Assembly (NCBI RefSeq): GCF_001194135.2 | Contig: NC_069008.1 | Location: 18,405,390-18,469,389, forward strand | Direction: 5' to 3' | Length of the DNA: 64,000 bases | Origin: Octopus bimaculoides | Taxonomy: Eukaryota | Shown: piece by piece, positions 39,864 to 52,872 of the stretch | Layout: each line of letters opens with the position of its first letter | Position numbering within the stretch: the first letter of the stretch is position 1 | Made by a program: the position numbers and the translations under genes | The notes under the pieces: generated by a model | Database searches by the model: none | The model's input: only the letters and a program-made list of their open reading frames with translations | What the model was told of the DNA's origin: nothing

Positions 39864-40152
39864 AATTATGTGTATTTCTTCTATCTTAATGAATAAAAAT
39901 TCTTCTGAATTCCAATTCTCTAACAGTATTTTTTCAAATGAATCAAGTCATAACCTTATCCATCTATTGTTTTCATAATCGGTCATAATGTCTTACGTTT
40001 AAGATGATTCCCATGCTTTCCCTGATGAGAAGGTTACAATTTTAATATCAAAGATCCCTATGGATCACACAGGTTGTAATCCTTTGAAACATATGTAGGA
40101 ATAAAGTATGCAATTATAACATGCGTTTTCTCCATTCCTTAAATTCTTATAG

Positions 40153-40184
<32 letters not shown>

Positions 40185-40604
40185 AATGAAGTCAAAACCC
40201 AATAACAATATTTTGAAATCACTCAAAATATTATTTGGTTTGATGTCATTGTTATAATTGATACAACTTGAGGCCAGCACAAGGCAGCCTGTCCTGACTC
40301 CATTTAGAGGGGGACTCGGACAAGGATTTCAAGAAGTCTGTTCTATTCGACTCAAGTCAAAAAACTGCTAATCTGCATCGCTTCTAAGCAAGTATATAAT
40401 AATAATAATAATAATATAAAATGGAGAGTTTGAATAGAGCCAAATCAACTCCATAATGTGTGTAGTACTAAGTGTATATTAAACACTAATAGCAACAACA
40501 CTACAGAATCAAATTACAGTAAATTCAAAGATAGATGGATAAACCAGAGGAAGCTTGGATGTAAGACATCCCTGGAAAGAGCAATCCCTTTCTTTACTCA
40601 ACCT

Positions 40605-40664
<60 letters not shown>

Positions 40665-43600
40665 GAAGAATTATTGCCATTATTAATAACATTAATAAGG
40701 TGGCTAAGCTTTATAATAATGTTTTTGGAGCATTGGCTCTGATTTTATCAAGTGGTATTTTATACCCTCCTACTGCTACTTCCAGTAAATAGTGGTGCAT
40801 CGTTGCATCACAAGTGGTACACCATCGGTTACAGCTATGAGGTTTCCAGCTGAGCTGAACAACAGAACAGCTTGCTTGTAATTAACATGCAAGTGGCTGA
40901 GTACTCCACAGACACAGCAAATGCACTGAGAAGGCTTTGGTTGACCGAGGGCCAGAAGGGGAAGACACTTGACCACGGTGTCGCACAATGGGGCAGCGAA
41001 AGCAGCGAGAAAGTGAAGGATGTGGAAATATGAAAGACAAAAGAGAAACATTGAAATAATTATGGTGGAGAGGATCAGTGGAGGTGGAGTGGAGTTAAGG
41101 TGGAGTGCAGTAGAGGTGGAGTGGAGTGGAGTTGAGTGGAGTGGAAGTGAAATTTCCTGACTTACTTGGATGGTACAGTCCCAGAAGCAACATCTGGTAC
41201 AATGACAGCAGTTAGTATTTTAGTGGCACTGAGAATCACTTGGCCCAGGGCGGAGCCACCAATTCCTATCCGGGCCACCTGAAATAACAATAACAACTCT
41301 TGTTAGTTTCACATTAAATTAATTACAGATTAATTAACCAAAGTTATACAGCAGCAGTCCTTAACGCTGATTACTGCTTCCCCTCAACACTTCAACAATT
41401 CACCATCCTGACTTCCTCACCATGACCACCACAGAAGAAAAGGCCAGTTTGCCTAGAACCCTGTCACAAAACATCTCACTGACCAATGCACTTTACTAAC
41501 CTCCAGTCTGTTGTAACATTCTGTGATGAATTTTTTGTGAAGGTTCACAGGATCCTGAAATGAAAAACAATGCTGCATTAGAGAAACAGTGAATGGTTGC
41601 CAACCCATAGCCTACCACCATTCACTTGCACTCAGCCTCTCCTTCATTCAACAATTCCTGCTCTAATTCGTTTTTCCTACAACATTTCTTGCATCCTTAC
41701 TTGTACCTGCCCCTAACTTTTAAACCGTAGCCCCCCCCCCCCAGTCCACTTCAGGGCACACTCACACAATACTGCAGAGTGACAGACAGTAGAGTTATGT
41801 AATATATTGAAAACAATACAAACAAATTGAGAGATACATGTGCTCAGGGAGAGGACACCAGTCTGCAGGTAATCTGACAAGTTCAACCAATGAAGGAGAC
41901 CTCTACATGGAAGCCAAATATGCAAGAAATAGCAGCCAAATCTCCCTGAAACACACACCCTCTCTGTGTGTGCATGTATGATCCAACAAGAGAAACCTCT
42001 ACATGGTAGCAAGACCCATCAAAAACAACAGCCAAATCTTCACATCACGCCTTAAATCACCTTAAATAAGAAACGGACACATTTGATGATGTAGTCATCC
42101 CTACCCACCACGAAGACAAGACGTTGGACAGTCTCTCAGCCACTTGTCGGTCTTTTGTCCTCTGCTAAACACTGCAACAAAGAAAACTGTCCCTCTTTAT
42201 GTTGTCACATCATTTTAAAGGTGGACGCTCTTCCTGTCACCAACCAATTTACAGCGTGATTGGAAGGGTGTTGTGTATTTTATCCTGCCACCAACACTAG
42301 AGAAGATATCAACCCCAGCATTTTTATTAAGGACTTGTCATGCCTTCAGATGGGTTGCCCAAGGTTTGGTTCTACACTCAACACCTCCTCAATTTGATCC
42401 CCTATTTGAGATGTAAAAAAGAAAGATAAGGTTTAAAATTCAGGTCCTGCATTTCACAGTATTGTATACCTTTTTTATTTTAGGAGTTAAATTTGAATAT
42501 GACATGTCAAGGAGTAATTGGATGGCTGCTGCTGCTATCGTCTCATTTGGGGTGTTCAAACAGGTCTCCCAGAGGAATTCGAGTCCACACAGGTCCGGTT
42601 TCTCAACAATCTGCAAAGAAAACATTAACGTGACTAACAATTGCACAACCATGTTAAATGTGATTCTAAAAATTACAACTACAAAGTTAAATGTGACTAT
42701 AACAGATGTCATAATCACATATGAAGAGCTGATATGAAAGGGGTCCTCCCCACACATCAAGGGCTACAAATAAAATCTACACATTTTAAAATAGGGTTTA
42801 AGGTGTTACCTGTGTTATTTTGTTGGGCCTCTGATAGTGAAAGAAGGAAGGGAGAAAGTGATCATTTATCCTCAAACCAGAGGTAAAAGGGTCAAATACT
42901 TCTCACAAAAAGGGTTTCCTTTACGACCCACATCACACTAAACAAATGCTAAAAGTTACAAGAAACCATTATCGTCTTTTTAAATATTTTACAAGAAACA
43001 AGCATTAAAAATGCTTTAAAACAGTTGATGGGTGCATGTGTTGCACCTTACACCAATAAAACCTTCTTGCATTTCTTGACTTGCTTAAAAAAAACCCTCA
43101 CAAAAACCCCTGCAACCCTCGCACGTATTGTGACACAGAGCCAAGGGTGGCAGTGTTAAACGGTGGCTCCAGTGAGCTTCCGCAGTTTCCATTATTCAAA
43201 AGGCTTGGGTTGCCTTTTGAACAATGTGGAAGCCATACCTTATACTGAGATTGAACCTGCAATCACACAGTTGTAAGGCAAACTTCTTAACCACGCCATG
43301 AGGTAATAAAATCTACACATCTGGAGTCATTCAGTCATGTAAAAATAACAGCAAAATTCTCCTCAAATCTTAGTACTCTGTCTTAAAAATATGACGGAGC
43401 ATTCGATAACAGACTCTTAGGTACACTATGCCTGGATAAAAGATGGGATGGTCATGGTTGGAATATGTGCAGGTGAGGGGGAGGAGCAGCACAATATAAA
43501 AAAATCTGAAAACTCACCAAACTAAGGCCTGTAGAAGATTTCTTCAGTTTATGCTCATAAAGGTTGGCAGATTCAAAAAAGTTCTTCACACAGGTAAAGC

Positions 43601-46600
43601 CTAGCAATTAAGATGAAGACGATGATGATGCTGCTCATACAATACATACATATAAATATATACATACACACACAAACATATATGCAGACAGACAGATATC
43701 TACACGCATATACACACACAATGTTCACTGAATTTAGTTCATGTGAAGTGGATTTCTTTCATATGTAGCACTCAATACATGCTACAAATTAGATTGTTTT
43801 TATTATTTCCTTTAAGGACACGCAAACAGGAGGCTGTGGGGATCAAGAAGTGGATGGAGCCCCATGAGGAAGCAGTGTTTATAGGGGATTCACCACCAGT
43901 TCACTGCAGCCCCGGGTGCTACAGGAAAACAATGAAGGCACCCTTAGGCCAGCAGTGTTGATAGGGGATTCACACACACTTGACGTGGGGCAAAACTCAG
44001 CTGATGTCAAAAGCAACAACACTGGTTTCACCAAATTTCTCAAAATCAAGCAGTCAGGAGTGAATGCCGTAAGAAATCACCAGTGGATGAAGTAGTAATG
44101 GATTTGAAATCATATTGCCAGATAGCTACAATGAGACCACTTTCATTTCACAGTATCAGCCAATTAAGCAACTCATCAAGCCATCGTGTTATTCAACTTT
44201 CTAGAACTTTCTCATTGAGCCCTAAATAAAGGTGGGGTTTTTTTGGCAGCTGCTTGACATCTCCAGTCTCATGGCTGTTAGAAGACACAGATTTTCTCAT
44301 CCTGCATATAGCAAGACTATTTTCCCCATGGTGAGGGGGACCAACCACACATTGCTTCTATACCAGTTAAATTGTCATAGATCCCAGTAGTATGTGTCTC
44401 CTCATGAGTAAGTGTTGTTGTTAGTTTTGGTCAAAAAACCAACACAGAAAATACTATGTGCAGTAAAGAAATCTTCTGTTAATTGTTTGTGAGTGTTGTT
44501 AATTACTTCTACATGCAGTCCTCGAAAACACCACTTCACAACAAGGTTTCATAGGATCTGCAATGGTGGTCATTTAGCAGAAAGAAAAGTGTGAGGTATC
44601 AGAGAAGGCTGTTGTTGTTAATGGCTGAGTCCATCACATTTCGGATGTGGGGAGTGAGTGTGATAGTAAGAGAGTGGTCAGGGTGTTGGACCTCTTGAGA
44701 AACTGACCGACTGTAGAGAGAGAGATTGAAGAGTTTGGTGAAGAAAGACGCCGGTATGGAATGGCCGGTTCAAGTATAAAGGAAGGGACATGATGAGGGC
44801 CTTTTTGTAGCAACCAGAGGTATTTTCATACTTGGCCCATATATGTACGTATATAAAGTGATGAATCCCTGAAGTGTTCAAGCAGATTTAGCTTATGTGC
44901 ACAGGATGCAGGTGGATGCAAAAATGGCAGAGGTTTCCATCATGGGATTATAGTATTACACAACCATTATATTTTAGGGATGTAAGGAAAGAGGGATTCA
45001 GTAAAGATGGAGGATGTCCTTAAAACAGAGAACCAAAATCTTGAGCTGCAGATTGGGAGGGAGGAAAGAGTGTGAGCATTACGCGGCACACAAGCACCCA
45101 TCACATTGCAGGAATCATGATGCTGGGTAAATAAAAAAAAGGTGGTTGTTATTGTAAAGGATGGGAGAAGATCATCTGCTGTTAAACTGTTGAAAGAAAT
45201 CTGAGGAATTCGTTTTAATAGCAAACTGAAACCAAACCCATTCAAACCACAACAAAAAGTTGGATATTAAGAGAAATTGGAAAAAAAAAAGAAAAAAGAA
45301 AAAGAAATTCTTTGAACGAAAATTACTGACCTTTTTCACTGAGAACCGAAGGATCTAATTTGAGCAGTTCTTTCTGGAACAACTGGCTGACAGCTTCAGA
45401 GTCTAAATCCTCAATTCCACGACTGAACCATTCGTAACATGTCTAAAACAGAGAACCAACAGTCAGACAAATTGGTCATATTCATTGCCAATGGTAAGAT
45501 ATACATAGACATCAAGGAACTATCTACAACATTGTTCCATCAGTCAATATATGAAGAGAAGTTATGCTTCTAACAACCTCAACAATGGAATAAAGGGAAG
45601 TGGGGAACACTTACTGAGAGAAACAGCATCCAAGTTTCCCTCAAATCACACCCGACTATTTTGTGTTTGTATACATGTGTGTATGAACTAATGAGGCACA
45701 TGGTTCAGTGATTAGAGCGTCAGGCTCACAATCATGAGGTAGTGAGTTCAATTCTCGAACTGGGCTCTGTGTTGTGTTCTTGAGCAAGACACTTTATTTC
45801 ACATTGCTCCAGTTCACTCAGTTGTAGAAACGAGTTGTGACGTCACTGGTGCCAGGCTGTATTGGCCCCTTTGCCCTTCCCTTGGATAACATCAGTCATG
45901 TGGAGTTAAGATATTGGTATGCAAGGGAGACTGCTGGTCTTTGATAAACAACTTTGCCCACACTTGTGCCTCGGAGAGGAACTTTCTAGGAGCAATCCCA
46001 TGGTCATTCATGACCGAAAAGGGTCTTTATGAGCTAATAAGGTAAACTTCTACTAAGGAGCTAGACTTGGTAGAAATAGCAGCCAAATCTCCCCCAAATT
46101 ACAAGGCAATCAGACAGAATGAAAATCTTCATTATGCTGAAACAATGTTATAGAATACAGTATTTGTAGAGGTGGTGCTAGTAGTTTGTGGAATTAAGAA
46201 AGAGGATGGGATTAATATGAGAAAGTTTAATAATGGGGCTGGAGATGGGTAACAAGAGACCTGTGGATTGTACAGGAATAATGAACAGGATGTTTAGGGG
46301 ACAGGGGAACTGAATGGAGAAGGAGAGATCTACGGGGTGTGGAGGGATGTGTGTTTAATGTAAGCACAAGAGCTGAATGTCTTGGGAGGGGTCTTGTGCA
46401 GAGAAAGGTTGTCATGGAAACAGAGTAATTGATGAGAAAAAGGAACAAAAGAGTATCGGAGGAGGGGAACTAGTGGCATAAGAAATGAGAATGCTAGTAA
46501 AGGAGGGGATGGCTCCTAGAGGTCACTCTAGCAGAGCTGACCTCAAAGAGGTTTAAGGACACAACAAAAAATGGGGTGGCGTTAGAGAATGTTATGTTTG

Positions 46601-48422
46601 TAAGACACACAAAGTAAACAACTCACCTCTTTGTCCCAATCACAAGCCTCGACATTAGCAACCAACGTACTCCAAATTTCCCGAGCTCGGTTCCAAGTTA
46701 AAGTCTGAATACCGACTTGAAGAATATACTGCAGGAAGTTCAGATGAGTTGACACATACTGGAGAGGAAGAGAGGAAGAGAGAGAGTGAGAGAGAGAGAG
46801 ATCACCATCATCATCATCATCATCGTCATTTAATGTCTGTTTTCCATTCTGGCATGGGTTGGATGGGTTGACAGGAGCTGATAAGAATTGAGGGCAGACA
46901 TCTTCTTCAGTCATGTTCTCATTCAACTTTTAAATTTCATGTGGAAAGGAAAGAACTCTTCTCCAGCAAATTTATCATAAGCTGGGTAACTGTTGCAGAA
47001 ATGCTAAGGGCAAAGGGACCAACCCTAAACATGTGCAACGGATTGGAGGACAACACTTAGGTGAGGGCTTGTACCCTTAATGGTCAGGGTGATCCTGGAT
47101 TGGCCCTAATTGGAGGTACAGGAAGACTGCTTCACCCATGTAATCACATACTTTGTACAGTTTGTATCACGTCTTTCCCCATGAACTTGATTTTTAATGT
47201 TAACCCCAACAAAAACTGTAACCTGCCTTTTTAAATGTTCCCCTCCTCATGCCAAATGAAATTATTATTCCCTTCTCCATTTCTTTTCTGGCAGAATTCA
47301 TTACTTCACTGGATAAAATGCTGAGGGACATTTTGTCTGTCTTTGCATTCTGAGTTCAGATTCTGTTGAAGTCGACTTTGCCTTTCATCCTTTCGGGAGT
47401 CGATAAAATAAGTGCCAATGGAACACTGGGGTCGATGTAATCGACTTACCACCTCCCACCAAATTTCAGGCTTTGTGCCTATAGTAGAAAGGATTATTAT
47501 CATCATTATTATTATTACTATTATTATTATTAATGTTATTATTAAGGTGGCAAGCAGGTAGAATCGTTAGCATGCTGGACAAAATGCTTAGCGATACTTC
47601 ACCTGTTGCTATGTTCAGAGTTCAAATTCCACCAAGGTCAACTTTGCCTTTCATCCTTTCGGGGTCGATAAAATAAGTCCCAGCTGAAGAGTGAGGTTGA
47701 ATGCAATCAATTCCCTTCCCCAAAATTGTGACCCTTGTACCAAAATTCAAAACCAATATTATTAGAGAAGAGAGTTGGCAGAATCGTCAAAGCATCAGAA
47801 ACGATGCTTTGCAGCAATATTTGTTCTGGTTCCTGATATTCTAATTTCAAATCCTGCTAGGGTCAACTTCACCATTCATCCCTCCAGGGTTAATAGAATA
47901 AAGTACTAGTCAAATACCAGGGTAATCTAAGCCCCTATAAAGGGTGATGGGCACTGCCTTCTCTACCCAGGATCCAAAAAGAACAGAATAATGAAATACC
48001 TCAGAGTGTGTATAGCGACCATCAACTATAGTGGCAGGGTTCAAGTTACCATCAACACTTGCTGCCATCTTGTGGCATTTTAATAAACTTCCAGTCACTA
48101 GTTTCACCACATCTTGATTGCGATTGAGTTCATAAAGGATGCCCTGAAAGCAGAAAATAACAAAAGGTCTTGGATTTGGGTTTTCTTCTTCTTTTATGTA
48201 AATAATGGGGCAGAGGGTTCAGAATTATTATTGCAGTATAAAGTTATACAAAACACACACACACACACACACATGCATACATATGTATGTATATATAAAT
48301 ACATACATATATATATATAATACGTATTAAATTAAGAGAAGAAAATGGAGAATTAGTGGTTAATATTTATTTATTAATCAATTGATAATCATTTCTTCCT
48401 ACAGCTGTTTCCTCTAACTAAC

Positions 48423-48516
<94 letters not shown>

Positions 48517-49655
48517 CCATCCGCACATATATACATCCATCCAAACACGCACACACAGCTTTAACCAAAAAATACTTCACTTACTTTGTCTGATTTGTTG
48601 AGATTCTGCTTGGAAATATTTTTACATAAATGCAGCAACTGTTTCAGGGCTGGCAACACCCAGGCACCCTGAAAAAAACCAAATACACACACAGACATCA
48701 TCTCAACCCAATGACCAGACATCATAACAGGCAGTTATTGGCACTAAGGCCCTTCCAAATTTAAAAGACGTCTTCATAAAATCTAAACTAAAGCGTGAAG
48801 AGTTTAGGAAAATCGAACAAAGCCAGCAATGTCATTTTTTTTTAAACCTGCCAAAGTGCCCCACCGCTAGTGAAGTGAGGCAGGTTCTGTGCCTTCATGT
48901 AGTTTCCACCAGGGTTCGAACCAGTGAACTCTATGTTCACTGTTGAAATGTTTTAGGATGAGTTTGTGACAAGTTTTTTGCAGCATCCTGTATAGTTTCT
49001 TTAAGTTTTAAATTTAAACAGTTTTCTGGCAAACTGTATCACAAATTAATCCAGAATAATTTGAGAGCTATGCAATCAAAACGATTAAGAACCAGCAATT
49101 TGGATGGAAAACTTGACCATCTGGGAATGGTTTAACTCCACAGAGCAAATTAACAATTCAAACTCACATTATGATTCTAACAATTGGAACAGAACAGACC
49201 ATGCTACAACATCCTCCACCATCAAGAGAATCTTCCACAGCTACGAGGAATGGTTTCCTGAGTTTTCTAGATGTGCCATGTTGTTCAATTGTTCATTGGT
49301 TTCGGTTACATAAGATTGAGGTGGCAGCAGGAGGAGGAGGAGGAGGATGAGTTACAGAAATCTCACCACAATATTAAGTTCTACTTAAGAATGAGAAGAC
49401 ATTTAAATGAAAAGAATAACATAAACATGTGTGTGTGTGTGTGTTGCATATGGTTATTCATGGTCTTAATGATAAGAGATGAGATATTTAATTAGGTGAC
49501 ATTTCATAAAGTCATTCAAATGGCAAATGTGAAGATGTAAGGAATCACCTGCCAAACATATCATGATGAACTAAACAAATCCAAACAATGTTTTACACAA
49601 AGACACCACAGGATGGACACAGGGTTTCATCAGGACATACACACATTAACACATC

Positions 49656-49701
<46 letters not shown>

Positions 49702-52700
49702 TTGTATGTAATAATATTAGGGAATAAAGAATTTATTCCAACCTTACAGGCAAAAATCGGTATAATATTATGCCAGGTTTCCTAATATATAATATATATG
49801 TATATAACTAATTTGGAGACGAACCACCACTCTACAACTCAGTCGACTCAGAACCCGTCCAAATCCATGCGGTGAGGCTTATACCATCTCATTATATCTA
49901 ATATTTTAATCTAAAAATTTTAATCAAATAACAAATTACATAAATATATCATAGAAATATTAATTTAAAGAATTTAAAAGTCAAATTTATAAATTGGACA
50001 GTAAAAATTAATATGATAATATACAGTATGGAAGTATAAATGTGAAAAGTTAGTACTAGTACATAGACTAAACGCGTTTCATAGTTGAAATAGGATCATA
50101 TAAAATCATAAGCAAATTCAATCCGAGTTCATTAGAACGGGGAAATGATTTTACTCCCAAATCAGTCACTGTTCAGGTCAAATCCCTAAGAAAATCCCTA
50201 AAATCATTCCAGGAATAAACATAAACATGAGAATTAAAAATATATATAAAGAGACAAAATCTGTAAACTAATTACCCTACATTAACGGTATTAATATAAT
50301 TATTAAGAGTTACAATCTAAAAATATTATAGTAAACAAGGTTAAAACATTATGGAATAAGTAGATAATAGTAAAAAAATGTGTTAGTGTACAAAGTTACT
50401 AAAAGACAGATGTCAATATTGTTTATAAAATTAAAGTAAGAAAACAGGATTTATTTGCCGGTGGGTAACTGAAGAACGAAAATCAAAATGGCTGTCCTAT
50501 AGAATTTATGGATCTAGTTTAAAACGGGGGCACCAGTTTTCATTAATGTTTTATGTAGTATTTTTGGTACCGAAAGACTTTCAAACTTCGTATACTTATC
50601 TATTTTGTGTTATAGAACAGAAAAAAATGTTTGTATTCGAATTTATTTCATGTAAAAAATTGTCTTATTNNNNNNNNNNTTAACCCTAACCCTAACTCTA
50701 GAATCCGAACTCTAAAATTGTTACACACATAGATACGCACAGCGTAATTTATTATATAATATATGCGTATAAATTACGATTAAACCGGATGAAATATGTC
50801 ACAGGGAATAACATTTTTATGACCGCCCAGCAGTAACTCTATTCAGCTGAATAGACGTCAGTGATTGGTTGAAATTACAGAAATACGGCAACTTTAACAT
50901 GGAATAACTTGCGAATTCCTTTTTTTTTGTTAAGAAAACTAAGAGTAAAAGAAGTTTTATATGACACATTCTACCAGTGTCCCAAGTTTCAAAGTGTTTC
51001 GTTAGTGTTTCGTTAAGAAAATACTGGTGCCCCCGTTTTAAACTAGATCCGAATTTATACTAAAAGGTCATGTGACAAATACAGCGTCAATTACCCAGAA
51101 GTACTTCTGGGTCACATGACCTTTTAGTATAAATTCTACAACACAGCCATTTTGATTTTAGTTCTTCAGTTACCCACCGGCAGATAAATCCTGTTTTCTT
51201 ACTTTAATTTTATAAACAATATTGACATCTGTCTTTTAGTAACTTTTTACACTAACACATTTTTTTACTATTATCTACTTATTCCATAATGTTTTAATCT
51301 TGTTTACTATAATATTTTTAGATTGTAACTCTTAATAATTATATTAATACCGTTAATGTAGGGTAATTAGTTTACAGATTTTGTATGGTGCAATGGTTCG
51401 TTTCACTTTATTTTCTTAAGACAAAACATCCCCTTTAATAATTTTCCAAACTAAATCTGGAGGAAGGTACAACACACATGGCAGGTTTCTGAGACCAGAG
51501 ATATTAGCATTTTGAAGAAGAGACATGTGCAGGGAGAGAATTCGAGAGGGATAACACTTTAGGGAAGAAGGACTGTGCACAGTAGTTAGTCTTGCATCAG
51601 AGGGTGGGGTTAATAACACATGTGATAGAAAGAGGAGAAAAGACTGAATGGCAAGGAAGAGAGGAGACAGGACAAGCCACTTGTAAGGAACAGAGACCAG
51701 AAGAGTAGCAGTAGAAAGGGGAAAAGGAAATGATGATGGATAGTGTAAGGGCCTTCTAAACTACACAGCTACATAGAGGTAGGGTTTGATCCTACAATAT
51801 CCTGGTGTAAATTTACACATACCTTCTTAATGTCTTCCACACACTTCATCACATAATGTCGCTTCACCTGTTCCTTGACGATGTAAGAATCACTGAGAAT
51901 GAGCAGGTGCTCATTAAGAGCTTGTTCTATGAGGTGGGTAGAAAGGGCAGGTAGGTGAGACAGGTCCCACAACAACTCTAACACCTGAAAACAACAACAT
52001 TAGAGAAACATTAAACAAAATGCATTTTATGTTGGGGCCCACAAAACTGCTCGCTCCATTACCTCACTGTGAAATCAAATTGTTTTAGTGTTTCCTACAA
52101 AAGATTTGTCCATTTTGTAGAAGCGAACTGTAACAACCATTTCATTATTAATTGAAATCCCTTAATGTCCCTGCGGGTGAGGACACACAAGAACTGAAAT
52201 ATTTGGATTAGAAAGGATCAGCTTCAATCAAATGTCCAAATAGTGGTTGTTTTCTTACAAGCTAACCACATTTGTTGACATCCAGGTAAGAAAAGGCATT
52301 TTTTCACCCTCATCACATATAAAGCTAAGCATTTAAAACTCCTCTACAAAGTGTAAAATATTATCACACACTCCAAAGCCTTGTTCATCCCTCACTCTAT
52401 TCAACCCTAACCCCATCTTTAAGTCTCTCTTCACACTCTCATTCCCTTCCATGAGCCACTGTCCTCTCTTACAATCACCTTCCTGTTCCTTGCTGTTTGA
52501 GAGTTTACTCCAGCACCCAATCGTTTCCTTCCTCTCGTCTCAGTCACCCATTATTTCCCCCCTATAACATGATACCTGTGCTTGCCTTTCTAGCATAGTT
52601 CGTTAGCCTTTTGACACCGAGCATTCAGTCATCTACCTCCACCTGCCCCTCCGCAATACTTCCTCTTTGTACTGGGAGCAATTTTCCCTTTCCTTATTCT

Positions 52701-52804
52701 AGTGATCTCTTTGGCCAAATCAAGTTAGAGACATAAACATACCAACACCAGTTGTCAAGTGGTGATGAGGAGAAAAACACAAAGACACACACACACAGAT
52801 ATGT

Positions 52805-52872
<68 letters not shown>

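Larger units (their letters stand above)
50254..51384. repeat. Foldback palindrome: 256-bp arms about 97% identical plus central hairpin
   Basis: 50254-50509 is the reverse complement of 51129-51384 with 7 mismatches by manual alignment; 51051-51076 pairs with 51111-51136; central perfect palindrome ACCCAGAAGTACTTCTGGGT at 51093-51112. Confidence 0.93.
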
